This document shows, one piece after another, positions 12,693 to 24,349 of a DNA stretch of 64,000 nucleotides (position 1 is the first letter of the stretch; every line of letters begins with the position of its first letter). A program made the position numbers and the translations under genes. A model generated the notes under the pieces. It saw only the letters and a program-made list of their open reading frames with translations. It did no database searches and was not told the DNA's origin. The stretch is from Octopus sinensis. Taxonomy: Eukaryota. The stretch spans positions 29,388,001 to 29,452,000 of the forward strand of contig NC_043000.1 in assembly GCF_006345805.1 (NCBI RefSeq), given 5' to 3'.

Positions 12693-13441
12693 CTGTGTGT
12701 GTGTGTATTGGTGAAAGGTGTTGAAATGATAAATAGTGAAGTTAATAAAACAATATACGAAAAGAAGTTAAAAAATAGATAAAAAGGAGAGAATAACAGA
12801 GAAATAAATCGATAAATAGAGGGAGAGAAGGAGAGAGATGAGTGAGAGACGGGGACAGAGAGGGAGAGAGAGAGAAGAAAAGAAGGATAATAGGCAATAC
12901 AAGCTGGGTAAGTTGTAAGCAAAAGGGATAAATTGTAAATAATGTAAATAAAAAAATTGGAAATAAATATCCTTGACTTAATTTATCAATAGAACGAGAA
13001 AATTTGTGTGTGTATGTGTCTGTGTATGTATATATATATGTGTATGTATGTATGTATGTATGTGTGGATGTATGTGTGTGTATGTGTGTGTGTATGTATG
13101 TGTGTATGTGTGTGTATATGTGTGTGTATGTGTGTGTATATATGTGTGTGTGTATGTATGTATGCATGTGTGTATGTGTGTATATGTGTGTGTGTATGTA
13201 TATATGCATATATGTATGTATGTGTGTGTATGTATGTATGTATGTATATATGTATACATGAGTGTGTGTATGTATGTATGTGTGTACATAGGTATGTGTG
13301 TATGTATATATATATGTGTGTGTGTGTATATATGTAATTGTGTATGTATGTATGTATGTATGTATGTGTGTATGTACGTTGGTAGGTAGGTAGATATACA
13401 TACATATAAATACAAGTATATGTGTATATGTGCATGTTTAT

Positions 13442-13490
<49 letters not shown>

Positions 13491-13531
13491 CAATACATAT
13501 TTACATATACATATGTATATATATATGTATA

Positions 13532-13580
<49 letters not shown>
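12590..13580. repeat. GA-rich tract and long TG/TATG/TA compound microsatellite
   Basis: Direct inspection. Confidence 0.9.
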
Positions 13581-13583
<3 letters not shown>

Positions 13584-13801
13584 TATAAAAAGAGAGGTAT
13601 ACAGAAAAAGAGAAAAATAACAAAGGGGAAAATAGATAAATACACCAAAAGAGAGAGAGAAGGAGAGAGAGAGAAAGGAAGAAAGAGTAAGATAGAAAGT
13701 GTGTGTGTGTGCGTAAAGTTGAAGAACTATTGGAATAGTAAAAAGAGGAAGCCAGCGAGAGGAAAGTAAATTTGGTAGAACATTTTGTGGAGATTTTATA
13801 G

Positions 13802-13857
13802 CCTGTCTGAGTATGTCGGCTGCCTCACATGACTTGGTTTACGTCTGCGGCCAAGAT
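13802..13857 (+). CDS. Candidate small exon
   Basis: ttttatag acceptor, GTACGT donor; one open frame CLSMSAASHDLVYVCGQD. Confidence 0.15.
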
Positions 13858-14312
13858 GTACGTAAGAGGAAACATCCTAGCTACATAACAACACAGACAT
13901 CAACAACAAGAGCAATAACAACAACAACAACAACAACAACACAACAAAGAAATTTGATAAGAATGAACTTCATTATTATTTATATGTCAATGGCGGTGGA
14001 TTGGCAGAATCGATAGAGCATCGAAGAGATGCTCTGCAGCGTTTCTTCCAGTTCTTTCTCGTCTGAGCTCAGTCGCCACGCATGTCAGTTGTGAACAACT
14101 CTAATTGCATCTTTCAGGATTCAAAAAGCTTAATGTACCAGCCATGTCCTGGGGTTGATGGTGTCGACTTGTACTAAACGTTTTATATTTCTGGCCTTGT
14201 TTCCTTCCTAATTATAAACCTTTATTATGAATACATCAGTTTGTGTATACTTGTGTTTGTGTATATATATGTATTTATATATTTGTGTATATATCAATAT
14301 TTATATCTATCT

Positions 14313-14352
<40 letters not shown>

Positions 14353-15146
14353 TATGAGGATAAATATCACGTTAATGTTTTTTATCAAGTAGTTAGCATG
14401 GTATAAAAATTTATAGGCAATTTATACATTAAATTAATAATAATATAATTATATTAAGGGAGCAGGGGCGAAAACGACTTATCTCCAGCATACATACGTA
14501 TATGATTATTAATTATATATACACACACACACACATATATATATATATAGATACATATATATATATATATATATAGATACATATATATATGTTCAATTAT
14601 TAGGGAATGGAGTAAATAAAATCCACCCTACATATGTTTCGTAGTTAGCGGAACCTCGGAAGTAGCAAATTATGCAAAACGTGGGGTTTGAATGTATATC
14701 CGCATATACAACAACCCCTGTTTCTAACCGTGAACTATAAAATTAGCTTTTTTCAGCATATCGTACTTCGATATGGGAAAAATTGACAACCTTCTGCGTC
14801 AATAAGCCTCTGTCGGTTCTGAAAGTTGTTTTTTTTTTATATCTTCTATGAATTGTTTGAAGCTTACTAACTTCCTACACCTTGATCCTTTACATATCTA
14901 TCTATCTATATATTTATCTATCTATCTATCTATTCTATCTATCTATCTATCTATCTAATTTTCACATGTTTCACTCATTAGACAGCGGCCATTCTCATTA
15001 CTCGAATATTGTTCCATTTACGAAAAGGCTTGCAAGACGTCAAGAGAGATGTGTGTCCTTAAAACATGATTACCGCTTTATTTTAAAGAACACTCATTTG
15101 TCGTTCACGATGAGAGGATGCATCGCAAATCATTTTTGCGTCAATT

Positions 15147-15370
15147 ATTTCTCATTTCTTTATTGCCCACAAGGGGTTAAACATAGAAAGGACAAAGGGA
15201 TTAAGTCGACTACATCGTCCCTAGTGCGTAACTGGTACTTAATTTATCGACCCCGAAAAGATGAAAGGTAAAGTCGACCTAGGCAGGATTTGAACTCAGA
15301 ACGTAACGACAGTCGAAATACCGCTAAGCATTTCGCCCGGTGTGCTAACGTTTCTGCCAGCTCGCCGCCT
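15147..15370 (-). mobile_element. SINE family B near-full copy
   Basis: Matches 58738-58967 throughout. Confidence 0.9.
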
Positions 15371-15442
15371 TCTGAATTATTTGCTCCATATTGAAATATA
15401 TATATTATATAATATATATATATATATAATATATATAAATAT

Positions 15443-15476
<34 letters not shown>

Positions 15477-15503
15477 ATATTTAATATATATATATTAGTT
15501 AAG

Positions 15504-15686
15504 TTAAAAATAAGCAACACATAAAATATAGTCTTCGATCTGAGCCGCAGCAAATTAAAGTCGAGGTGGTCAACACTAGAACGCATTTGGTCGTGGACCT
15601 GCTCATTCAAAGCTAACGGGTTAAACACCAACAACAATAGCAACCACAAACTGCTTCATGGTGAAGAATCTATTCTAAAATTTCTT
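15504..15686. repeat. Left arm of a 183-bp perfect inverted repeat
   Basis: Base-for-base reverse complement of 17681-17863. Confidence 0.95.
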
Positions 15687-15701
15687 GTGTGCGTGTGTAT
15701 T

Positions 15702-15733
<32 letters not shown>

Positions 15734-15746
15734 ATATATATATATA

Positions 15747-16130
15747 TACTAGCAGTATCGCCCGGCGTTGCTCAGGTTTGTAAGGGAAATAACTATAAAG
15801 CATTTTTAGAGAGTTATAGCCAAAAAATAGCAAAAAAATGGAAAAAAAATGATGGTAAATTTTTTTTAGAGTTAAAAAAGGTGGAGTTGCGTCCCCTAGA
15901 CGGTCTGTGGTTTGGGTTTTTGATTCTCGACCCCATGTCGAATTTATCGATTTTTTTCAGAACTGGGGGAACTTTTCAAAATTTTCGCTGCGTTAGTTTT
16001 GAATTATGACATTGGGCTATGTGTGTGTCAAGTTTCATCAGAATCGGTTGTGAAAGCCGTGGTCAGAGTGAGGGTACGAGAAAACAGACACACAGAAAAA
16101 GCACAGACAAACTGCCGTTTATATATATAT
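15747..16130 (+). mobile_element. Non-autonomous Helitron-like (Lep1-type architecture) element
   Basis: Begins tACTAGCAG..gcccggcgtt; contains aagtttcatcagaatcggttg, an (ACAG/AC)n tract, and ends tgccgtttatata; 3' block shared with 62651-62864. Confidence 0.65.
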
Positions 16131-16717
16131 ATATTATATATATTATATTATATAAAAGGGCTTAGTTAAATAAATTACTTTGCCGCATACTGAACTCATT
16201 AGAAATAGCAGCTAAAAAACTTTTTAAGGCTATTTCTAATACTTAAAAAAATCTCTCTCATATATAGTGTTTGCATAATTTAACTCACAAAAGTTTGGGG
16301 GTAATGACATCGCAAAATCAAATGCTAGGTTATTCGAGAACGAACGTTTCAAGATTAGTCAAAACAACATTTCTATCATCGGCTCGGAATTCCTTGGTTG
16401 GATTTGGAAACACTGAAAATAAGAACATCCCTCTCGAAGATCTGCTTCCCAACTAACAGTGCCAACAAATTCAAAATAAGCAAGCGAAGAATCTCTGTTC
16501 TCCCCTTTCACCAGCGTGGGTAAATCATCAAACTCTATGCTTATTTCGGTAAAGTCCGAAGCATTAATCAGAGGGAGATTAATTATAATTTCAACAACAT
16601 TGAGGGCAAAATTAATTAATTTTAATCAATTTCACCAAGTGTTCAGTATGCAAAGGGACCATTCAAGGCGAATTCAATATTACATTATATAAAAGGGCTT
16701 AGTAAAATAAATTACTT

Positions 16718-16751
<34 letters not shown>

Positions 16752-17118
16752 TACGCACACGCACCACATATATAAATGCATGCATATATTATACATTTAC
16801 ATGCATGCATGTATGCGCATACTAAATATTTTCATATCCACCAAGCTCCAAGAGGTGTCTTCGTATAAGAAAAACCATGTCATTTTGCTAGCGAACAGCT
16901 CAAGGTCCGTAAAGGAAAAAGTTACTTACATTCGGCCATCAAAACGTGTGCAAAGACACAAATGCATGCACATGAACGCGCGCGCACACGCACAAACAGA
17001 CAAACATAGACACACACACAAACACAGAGGCAAGCACACGTACCCATATATTACAGTAGCATTTATATACTTTGATTACAGAGCAGAGAAGTCAGCTCAC
17101 AAATCCAAATCTCCGAAG

Positions 17119-17158
17119 ATTTCCTGAAGAAGAGGTCGTAACCCCGAAATATTGAAAT
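17119..17158 (+). ncRNA. Minimal type I hammerhead ribozyme motif, divergent family
   Basis: AUUUC-CUGAAGA-A-GAGG(ucguaa)CCCC-GAAAU-AUU^-GAAAU; 5-bp stem I, AUAU palindromic stem III. Confidence 0.7.
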
Positions 17159-17236
17159 GCAAGATAAAGTACAAACCATCGACTTGTATTATTTCTTATA
17201 ACCCGCATTGTTTTGGCTTTAAAACATAACATAATT

Positions 17237-17281
<45 letters not shown>

Positions 17282-17368
17282 ATCTATCTATCTATTTGCT
17301 ATCTATCTACTTATTTAAATATACATTGCATTGTTTTCTTGCTAGTTTACCCATCCATCCATCCACCC

Positions 17369-17441
<73 letters not shown>

Positions 17442-17680
17442 CCTACCTATTTAAATATACATTGCATTATTTCATTGCTGGTTTACTGCTAAATTCTAGC
17501 GAATATTAGCCGTTAGCATTTCATAAACTTGGGAACTGACTTAACCAAATGAACGTTGGCAAGGAATTTGATATAGAAGCTGAAACTGTCTCCAAGTTTA
17601 AGTTCTTCGAAAGAAACACATAAATCAATACGTTGAAGAAATCTCGAAGGGAATATTGTTTTACAAACGAAAGAAGCGGG

Positions 17681-17863
17681 AAGAAATTTTAGAATAGATT
17701 CTTCACCATGAAGCAGTTTGTGGTTGCTATTGTTGTTGGTGTTTAACCCGTTAGCTTTGAATGAGCAGGTCCACGACCAAATGCGTTCTAGTGTTGACCA
17801 CCTCGACTTTAATTTGCTGCGGCTCAGATCGAAGACTATATTTTATGTGTTGCTTATTTTTAA
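17681..17863. repeat. Right arm of a 183-bp perfect inverted repeat
   Basis: Reverse complement of 15504-15686. Confidence 0.95.
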
Positions 17864-17867
17864 GTAA

Positions 17868-18487
17868 GCAGGCATGTCTGTGTGATTAGAAGTTTACTTC
17901 ATAACCACATGATTCTGAGTTCAGTCCCACTGCGCGACAACTTGGAGAATTGTTTTCTATTATAACCTTAGCCTTGTGAGTGGATTTGGTAGATGGAAGC
18001 GGGTTCGAATCTCAGACCGGGCGATGGGTGTGTTTATGATCGAAACACCTAAGCTCCATACGGCTCCGGCAGAAGGTAACGGCGAACTTCTGCTGACTCT
18101 TTCGCCACAACTTTCTCTCACTCTTTCCTCCTGCATTTTGCAGCTCACCTGCGACGGACTAGCGTCCCGTCCAGGTGGGGAACCTATACGCCAAGGAAAC
18201 TGAGAAACCGGCCCTTATGAGCCAGGCATGGTTCGAGAAGGAACAAACAATATATATATAGATGCAGCTCCGGCGGCCGGGGGTGTTTGTCTCCCCTTCG
18301 TAAATGTATATAAGGACACAGGGAAAAATGTGTCAAAGCCATCAGGAGGAGTCGATGCTTCCTAGGGCTATACAGCGGTGGTGTACCCCCCTACTGTCAC
18401 GTTCGTGTTAGATTGACAGTATATAACCATTCTATCGCCCCACCACCGTACATGTCTCTACGAGAGATTTAGAAATTTAGTATTTCT

Positions 18488-18557
<70 letters not shown>

Positions 18558-18770
18558 TATATACATAGCCATGTGTGTCTTTGTGTCTGCATTTGTCTCC
18601 CTCCACCACTGTTGGGCTTTTGGAATGTTTCCGTTCCCGTATTCTAAGGGTTCGCCAAAAGGCATTAAAAGAAATACTTGGTTCGATTCGTTAAACTATA
18701 AATTCTTCGAGGCGGTGCCCCAACATGGCCGCAGTCTACAGACTGTAACAAGGCAAAGATAAATGATGAC
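17868..18770 (+). mobile_element. SINE family A interrupted by a head D + tail D SINE (17999-18250) and a GC-rich insert (18261-18488)
   Basis: Family A head 17868-17998 and tail 18560-18770 flank the nested segments. Confidence 0.8.
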
Positions 18771-19526
18771 AGAAAACTGTAGTTTGAGAACGATTTTTCT
18801 GCTGTTTGTAGCTGTTTGAGAGACTTCATGAAAGCTTCTCGTCAGTAAGGCCAAATGGTAAAATCAGTACATAATAGTTGGAGTGGAGGATGCAGGTTCG
18901 ATATCTGAGTTTGGAGTATTCAGATGATTACGGCTGAGTTCCTCCCTTCCGGATATGGACGCCTTTCGCCCCCTGAACGTTATCAGCGGATGTCGAATAA
19001 GCACAGTGCATGTGTGTGTGTGTGTGTGTGTGTGTGTGGGGCGGGGAGTTAGTGTTTGACAGTGAATAATTGAAGACTCTATTCAATGGCTGGTGGAGAT
19101 AATCATTTGGAAGATATCCAACATGTGGAAGAACACGTTGGCTGAATCAGATTAAATATGGAGAAGTAATTAACTGCATGACATCATTCACTGGTTACTT
19201 TATAAACATATCACTGTTTGGTGTGATGTAAAAAAATCTGTGTTCAACTGCATGCCACCCATGACTAACCTGTCTGTTATCAGGCTTAAGAGTAACCCAT
19301 ACAACACTATACAAGCCGAAAGAGGGTGATTTGAGGAAAATTTGGTTACTACGTCCAGCAGGTTGATTCGATCTATTGCGTAGAAGCATCCAAAGATTTA
19401 GAAAGAAAGATTGGGATGAAATGTACGCGTGCATACATACATACATACATACATACATACATACACGCATACATACATACATACATACATACATACATAC
19501 ATACATACATACATACATACATACAT

Positions 19527-19845
19527 TTTATGGCTGCCCCCTCGTTATCGAGTATGGCCATTGCACGAAGCTTAACTGTTACTGGTGCTGTGATCGAATG
19601 TGACTTTTTAGCCCAGCTAAAGATCTACAATGTCTTGTACAAAATTGGCAACTAAAACCTTTACCGGTAATAGCCGGCTGTAGTTGTAACTGGGCTTCAT
19701 GTACCTTTGCATGTCGTTTAAGTCCTCCTGCCGAATTACACTCTCTTCCACATGCCCGACAGATATGATTAGTATGGTGTGTTACACTACCACCAGTGGC
19801 CAGGTTGTTACTCATCTGTCTCGTTTTATGACTACGAAGATGACT
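19527..19845 (-). mobile_element. RTE-clade LINE 3' end embedded in (CATA)n
   Basis: SHLRSH...CRACGRECNSAGGLKRHAKVH...CQFCTRHCRSLAGLKSHIRS; 3' UTR nearly identical to 33540-33606. Confidence 0.85.
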
Positions 19846-19904
19846 CATACATACATACATACATACATACATACATACATACATACATACATGCATGCAT
19901 GCAT

Positions 19905-20105
19905 ACGTGACCGCATTTGTATCGTGGGCGATTTTTCCCCTCCGTCTTCCTTTCCTTGGATCTTTCCTTTTCCTATGTTTCTGACGAAGAGCTCCGCTTG
20001 AAACGTTAAATCCTCTTTCTTTCTTTCCTTTCCTGAGCGTCCAATAACACTATACTTGTTCCATGTCCCCGCGTTGTTTTCTCTTTGTGTTTACATGTTT
20101 GGATT
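19905..20105 (+). mobile_element. Family F hammerhead-bearing short element flanked by (CATA)n
   Basis: gaccgcatttgtatcgtgggcgattt start shared with 62205. Confidence 0.7.
19977..20011 (+). ncRNA. Minimal type I hammerhead ribozyme motif
   Basis: GUUU-CUGACGA-A-GAGC(ucc)GCUU-GAAAC-GUU^-AAAU. Confidence 0.72.
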
Positions 20106-20108
20106 AAC

Positions 20109-20140
<32 letters not shown>

Positions 20141-20531
20141 CATACATACATACATACATACATACATACAACATACATACATACATACATACATACATAC
20201 ATACATACATACATACATACATACATACATACAGACAGACATAGTTATTTTATGATTGAATTAATGAGCAACTGCTTGTACTACACATTACGTTTCACCG
20301 GTACCGATTGCCGTATGTTAAATGTAGTTAGATACAGTCCATCCCGCAAAAGCTTCTTCATATTTCATACACACAGCTTGGGTTGATTCGGAGTTGTGGA
20401 AAAAGACATGGAGCAACATCGAACGTGCGACGTCAAGATTAAAAACCGATCTTTTTAATCGGTCAGCTGTACTTGTGTTTCTCTACAACGCTCATTGAAG
20501 ATCCACATTGGGATATATGTCATGTAGAAGA

Positions 20532-20750
20532 GCGGTGAGCTGGTAGAATCGTTAGCACGCCAGGCAAAATGCTTTGCAGTATTTCGCCCTTCTTCACGTT
20601 CGGAGTTCAAATTCCGCCGAGGCAGACATTGCCTTTGATTCTTTCGGGGTCGATAAGAGAAGTACCAGTGGAGCGCTGGCTTCGGTGTAATCGATTAAAC
20701 CTCTTCCCCCAAATTTCAGGCCTTGTACCAAAATTTGAAACCAATATTAA
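20532..20750 (+). mobile_element. SINE family B, older-tail subfamily
   Basis: Head gcggtgagctggtagaatcgttagc; tail cccccaaatttcaggccttgtaccaaaatttgaaacc. Confidence 0.85.
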
Positions 20751-21109
20751 CCACATAGGACTGTGTTACTGCTACATACCCATATATTCTAGACAAAAGA
20801 AGCGCCAAAGCACTGGTTGGTCAACACACTTTAATCACCAACTCACAGATCCAAGTTTTCTCTTGTTTCTTCTCCCGCAACTATAATAGCCTCTCCTCTT
20901 CTAAACTAGATACTACGCACCGTCTTTATATGAACCTAGTTCACCGCGGGTCCCTCCTCATGTCCCTCATACTGTAACTTTCCTTCGTTCGTCATTCACA
21001 ACGTACTTTAAGACTTCTTCCTTTCTCCTCATACTTATATTCCTTTTGAAAACCCTTTCCTACTCACACTTTCTCTGCAAAGATCGATCTATATATGTTT
21101 AATTGAAAT

Positions 21110-21220
21110 TTATAGAAAAGCAAAAGACGAAGACAGGTGTATGAACAACGAGCAGGTGAATTAGTTTGACGCTCAAGAAAGTGAGAAGGTCTTTCATGTT
21201 TCGAGCCTACGCTCTTATGT
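21110..21220 (-). mobile_element. Decayed family F2 element (hammerhead core lost)
   Basis: Aligns to 57335-57445, including gtttcgagcctacgctct. Confidence 0.6.
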
Positions 21221-21489
21221 TTAAGCTAGACGTCATCTGTGTCAAGCTTTAACAAGTCCTGTAAATGACAAAATGTAAGGGATATACCTATAAGTTTATA
21301 CTACGTGAGTAAATGTCAGAATTGAGTTGTTAGGAAAATATTAAGTATAGCAATGAATAAGTAACGATTAGTTTACTGGAAGCGAAAATAGTTGATATAT
21401 AGATAAGAATATGGTAGGACACAAATGAGAAAATAAACTATATACGGATGAAAGTATTTCAGGAAGAGAAAGCTATTTTTTAAAAAATT

Positions 21490-21630
21490 GGCGCAGGAAT
21501 GGCTGTATGGTAAGTAGCTGGCTTACCAACAACATGGTTCCGGGTTCAGTCCCACTGCGTGACAACTTGGGCAAGTGTTTTCTACTATAACCTCGGGCTG
21601 ACCAAAGCCTTGTGAGTGGATTTGGTTGCC
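21490..21630 (+). mobile_element. SINE family A 5' monomer
   Basis: ggcgcaggaatggctgtatggtaag...ttgggcaagtg...gtgagtggatttgg. Confidence 0.85.
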
Positions 21631-22150
21631 AGAAGCTAAATAGAACAAGAGAGTAACAAGCGACAACAAAACATCCAGGTAGTTAGACGATACAAAAAAG
21701 GACAGTAAAAAAGACAGGTCATTCGTAGCTTTCTGTCTTCAGTCGGGATTCAGATCGTCGTTGCAGTTTCGGCTGGTTACTCTCGAGGATCGTCCCACAA
21801 AAGACGGCCCTAACAAAATATAACCTGAGAGCACTAGATTCTTTGGAAGAAAGCAATCGAATACATATATATATGGCTGTTTCTGATAAGAAATTTCGCT
21901 TTCATGTAAAACAACTATATTTTGTAGTCATTATCCGTAACCTACTCCCAAAACACTTCAGTAGCTCTACTTTACATCGGTTGCAAATTTATATGTTCTA
22001 TGATAATCAAAGTGCAAGGACCTCCACAATAACCAGCCTTCAATTTAATTTTCCGTTCCTACGTTAATCGGAAACAGATTGCCATGCTACACATAAACTT
22101 TCTCGGTAGTTCAATTATTTGGTGAAAAAATACCACGAAAGCAACTTAAA

Positions 22151-22178
22151 CCGTCCAAAGGACGGGTGCGTTGGCTAG

Positions 22179-22179
<1 letters not shown>
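22151..22179 (+). mobile_element. Helitron-type 3' terminus
   Basis: Hairpin CCGTCC-aaa-GGACGG, 9 nt, then CTAG followed by T; 5' end not located. Confidence 0.55.
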
Positions 22180-22213
<34 letters not shown>

Positions 22214-22232
22214 TATATATGTGTGTGTGTGA

Positions 22233-22263
<31 letters not shown>

Positions 22264-23323
22264 CGTGTGTGCGTGTATGTGTGTTTATACGCGTAGTTTG
22301 TGTGTGTTTATACTCGTGGTGTGTGTATGTTTATGCGCGTGGTGTGTGTGTCAGGTGAATGAGGACCTGTTGCTGATGGATGAAAAAAAACGGAAAAAAT
22401 AGTAGGAAGATTTGAGTAAGAAAATAGAAATAGAGGTGTTTATATAACACCATTGGGTGAATATGAACTATTCTGAAATTGAAAACGGAAAGCCATAATT
22501 AAATATGTAATACTTTTAGGCAAAAATTATAGAACCGAAAATCAGTTAAAGACAATAATAAGAACAAATAAATATGTGTGTATAGTCATCATTTGAGACT
22601 AAAAGAAAAAAAATCATGAAAAAATTCATAGAAGTGTAATAAAATAGAAACCGCCTCGGAAGAGAAAATAACAAGAATATAAATATATTAATGTGAAAAT
22701 GCATAAAGTAAAAAATAAATAAATAGAAATAAAAACTGCAACAAAACAGATGAATAAGGAAAAGGGAGACAATAAATAAATAGCTAAAAAGAATAACAAA
22801 ACATTAAAAAATGAAGATAAGCTAAAGTTAGAAACCACAGTTACTCGATTGAGAAAAAGGAAGAAAAAAAAACAAAGAGAAAAGAAACACGTGTGTGTGT
22901 GAAAATACCCTGAAGTTATCTCGATAAATCTTTTATGTAAGATATTTAGCTGGAAATCACAAGTCCACTTTAAAAGTATTTAGCAGCTTACTGGAATAAT
23001 AATCAGGTGGGACGCCGAGTTGGTTGACGAAACGGGAAATATGCACTTGTTCCTATAGAAGAAAACAGACAGAGCCATAGCGTATTAATATACGCATCCA
23101 AAGAAAGTGTGTATGTTAATGCCCGACGGCCAGATGTGTTACGCTGTCAAGTGGTTAGTTGAAGGGAGAGGCGAAAAGAGAGAAAATGGTGTTAGGTGTG
23201 AGAGATAGGAGAGAAGGCTGGCCAATATGTTATATGGTTAACTAGCAAGTTAAAGGAAGTGGTGGCGTGAAAGAGAGAGAGCGAGAGGGGGGAAAAGTGT
23301 GATTGAGTAAGAGAGAAATAGAG

Positions 23324-23363
<40 letters not shown>

Positions 23364-23698
23364 CGACTGAGTGTGAAAGAGAGAAATAGAGGAAGGGAGA
23401 GAGAGAGGCTTAGTGTAGGTTTATTAAGAAGAATGCCAGAGTGGAAAACAGATACATGGTTTTAAACATCATATAATGCAATATTGTGACTGACAATAAA
23501 AATAAAATTTAGTTGTTATAGGTTTTAATGTTGAAATGTCAGGCAGGAGACAGAAAGGCGGATTGTTTGATATTTCGATAGATACGAGTTATATTAAAGT
23601 GATATAACTTTGGTAAGCAAATAATTGTGAACCCCACTCGGTATTTACTCATTTACTGGCTCTATCCCCAAAGATTGCAGCCATATTGGGGTACCGTC

Positions 23699-24077
23699 AT
23701 TATTACCACCGCCTTTTCAAATGTGGATGTATTGTTTTCAGTCGTGTTTGTTTGTTTGTCCGTGGACAAGATATCTCAAGAACCGCTGGATGGATTCGGA
23801 TGAAACTTTAAGGGATATTTAGCTTCGTGACTGACACGAACAGATTAGATTTTGGGATCCAACCGGTACCAGACAAGGATTCTGGATTATTTTTTCTTTT
23901 TTTTTTTTACTTAATTTTTGAGAGCGGTCAGGTTCGTTTTTAGTATTTTCGTTTGTGAGAGCGGACGAGTTTATTTCAGATATTCTCATTTTAAAAATCC
24001 TCTCCTGTTAATTGTTGAGAGGATGTTGGTGTTGCCTTGGCGGAGATTTGCGCTCTCTCAGTGCCTTTGTCCAGTTT
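23699..24077 (+). mobile_element. Non-autonomous Helentron-associated (HINE-like) element
   Basis: attaccaccgcc start, (GTTT)n, ggattcggatgaaactt, and ccttggcggagatttgcgctct...ccagtt end. Confidence 0.55.
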
Positions 24078-24148
24078 ATTTTGCATCCAAATGCCTATCT
24101 GGAATGGCCAAGTTATATTACACATCTCAAAAATCAGAAAAAAATATA

Positions 24149-24349
24149 TTACGTTGGTGCATAATTATTGCGGCTTTTTTTCAATAAATTTTATAAACAG
24201 AATTTAAAAACGCCAAAAAGAAATTGAAGTAGATGGTAAATATGCTCTGGAATAATCATTTGAAGATGTTTTTGTTAAATGTTGTTATCATTTTTGTAGA
24301 ATAAATTTTGTTGAAAAAAAAAAGCCGCAATAATTATGCACCAACCCAA
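24149..24349. mobile_element. Mariner MITE, 201 bp, Hsmar1/MADE1-like TIRs
   Basis: TIRs ttacgttggtgcataattattgcggc / gccgcaataattatgcaccaacccaa; TA on both sides. Confidence 0.9.

Noticed and set aside
15504-17863. piggyBac element (TTAA at both outer ends of the inverted repeat)
   Set aside because: The TTAA is part of the inverted repeat itself, the ends lack the CC start, and there is no transposase.
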